DNA of 64,000 bases from Mobula hypostoma (Eukaryota), in contig NC_086108.1 in NCBI RefSeq assembly GCF_963921235.1, positions 114,206,001-114,270,000 of the forward strand. Reading direction: 5' to 3'. Below, in pieces: positions 63,430-64,000 of this stretch. Under the pieces are notes generated by a model. That model had not been told where the DNA came from, ran no database searches, and saw only the letters and a program-made list of their open reading frames with translations. Numbering within the stretch: the stretch's first letter is position 1; every line of letters begins with the position of its first letter. Position numbers and translations under genes: made by a program.

Positions 63430-64000
63430 GGAAATGTCAGGCAGGATAGTGAAATGCTCCTCTTGCAAGATGCGGGAAGGCAAGGAGATCTCCCTGATGG
63501 CTTCAAGTGCGAGAAGTTTACCCAGCTGTAGCTTCTAAGAACCCGCGTTCAGGAGTTGGAAGTGAAACTGGATGAACTCTGCATCATTCGGGAGGCTGAA
63601 GAGGTGATAGATAGGACATATAGAGAGGTAGTTACACCCAAGGTGCAGGACACAGGAAACTGGGTGACTGTCAGGAAGGGGAAAGGGGTTAGGGAGCCAG
63701 TGCAGAATACCCCTGTGGCCGTCCCCCTCAATAACAGGTATGTCACTTTGGATATTGTCGGGAGGAATGATCTAACAGAGGAAAGTCACAGTGGTCGGGT
63801 ATCTGTCACTGAGTCTGCCCCTGTGACTCAGAAGGGAAGGGGGAAAAAGAGTGCTGTGATGATAGCACACCCTAGTTGGGGGAACGGACAGAAGGTTCTG
63901 TGGGCAAGAACGAGATTCGCAAATGTTGCGTTGCCTCCCAGGTGCCAGGGTCTGGGACATCTCGGATCGAGTCTTCTGCATTCTTAAGTGGGAGGTGAAT
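63430..64000 (+). mobile_element. CR1 ORF1 (zinc finger plus esterase start), degraded, runs off window
   Basis: CSSCKM.., EEVIDRTYREVVTPK, WVTVRKGKG, PVAVPLNNRY; homologous to the 28490 and 41333 ORF1 copies. Confidence 0.85.

Noticed and set aside
63024..63449. 141-aa ORF as a standalone gene
   Set aside because: Only 63059-63132 is SLC44A2-like and it is bounded by splice sites; the rest is intron read-through.

Overview
Vertebrate nuclear DNA, very likely from a cartilaginous fish (ray/shark type; inferred from the repeat landscape, not proven). Most of the window is nested transposon debris. One host gene is recognisable on the + strand: the first three coding exons of SLC44A2/CTL2 (32832-32868, 55276-55324, 63059-63132). 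They splice in frame to MRSEEEDYYGKHGEPRKFDPTFKGPIHNRHCTDILCCVLFVVVILGYIALGVI, and there is a speculative alternative first exon at 9673-9703. Intron 1 holds a decayed RBM25 processed pseudogene. It also holds a three-level nest: an esterase-ORF1 CR1, containing a near full-length RNase H-bearing Nimb/I-group LINE, containing a young CR1 with a TSD. Other elements include CR1, Rex1/Babar, Tx1, L1, RTE (AviRTE-like), Penelope-like, Tc1 (Passport-like), Tigger/pogo and tRNA-derived SINE copies, three arrays of a 33-bp minisatellite, a CR1-derived 38-bp minisatellite and a 2.5-kb (CA)n tract. The most striking non-coding structure is a family of about 196-bp, TSD-flanked, long-hairpin elements derived from Penelope terminal repeats. 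They carry a minimal hammerhead ribozyme core in the loop, intact in the copy antisense to the host pre-mRNA and mutated in the sense copies. Family names come from motif recall, no database search was run, and repeat boundaries are approximate.
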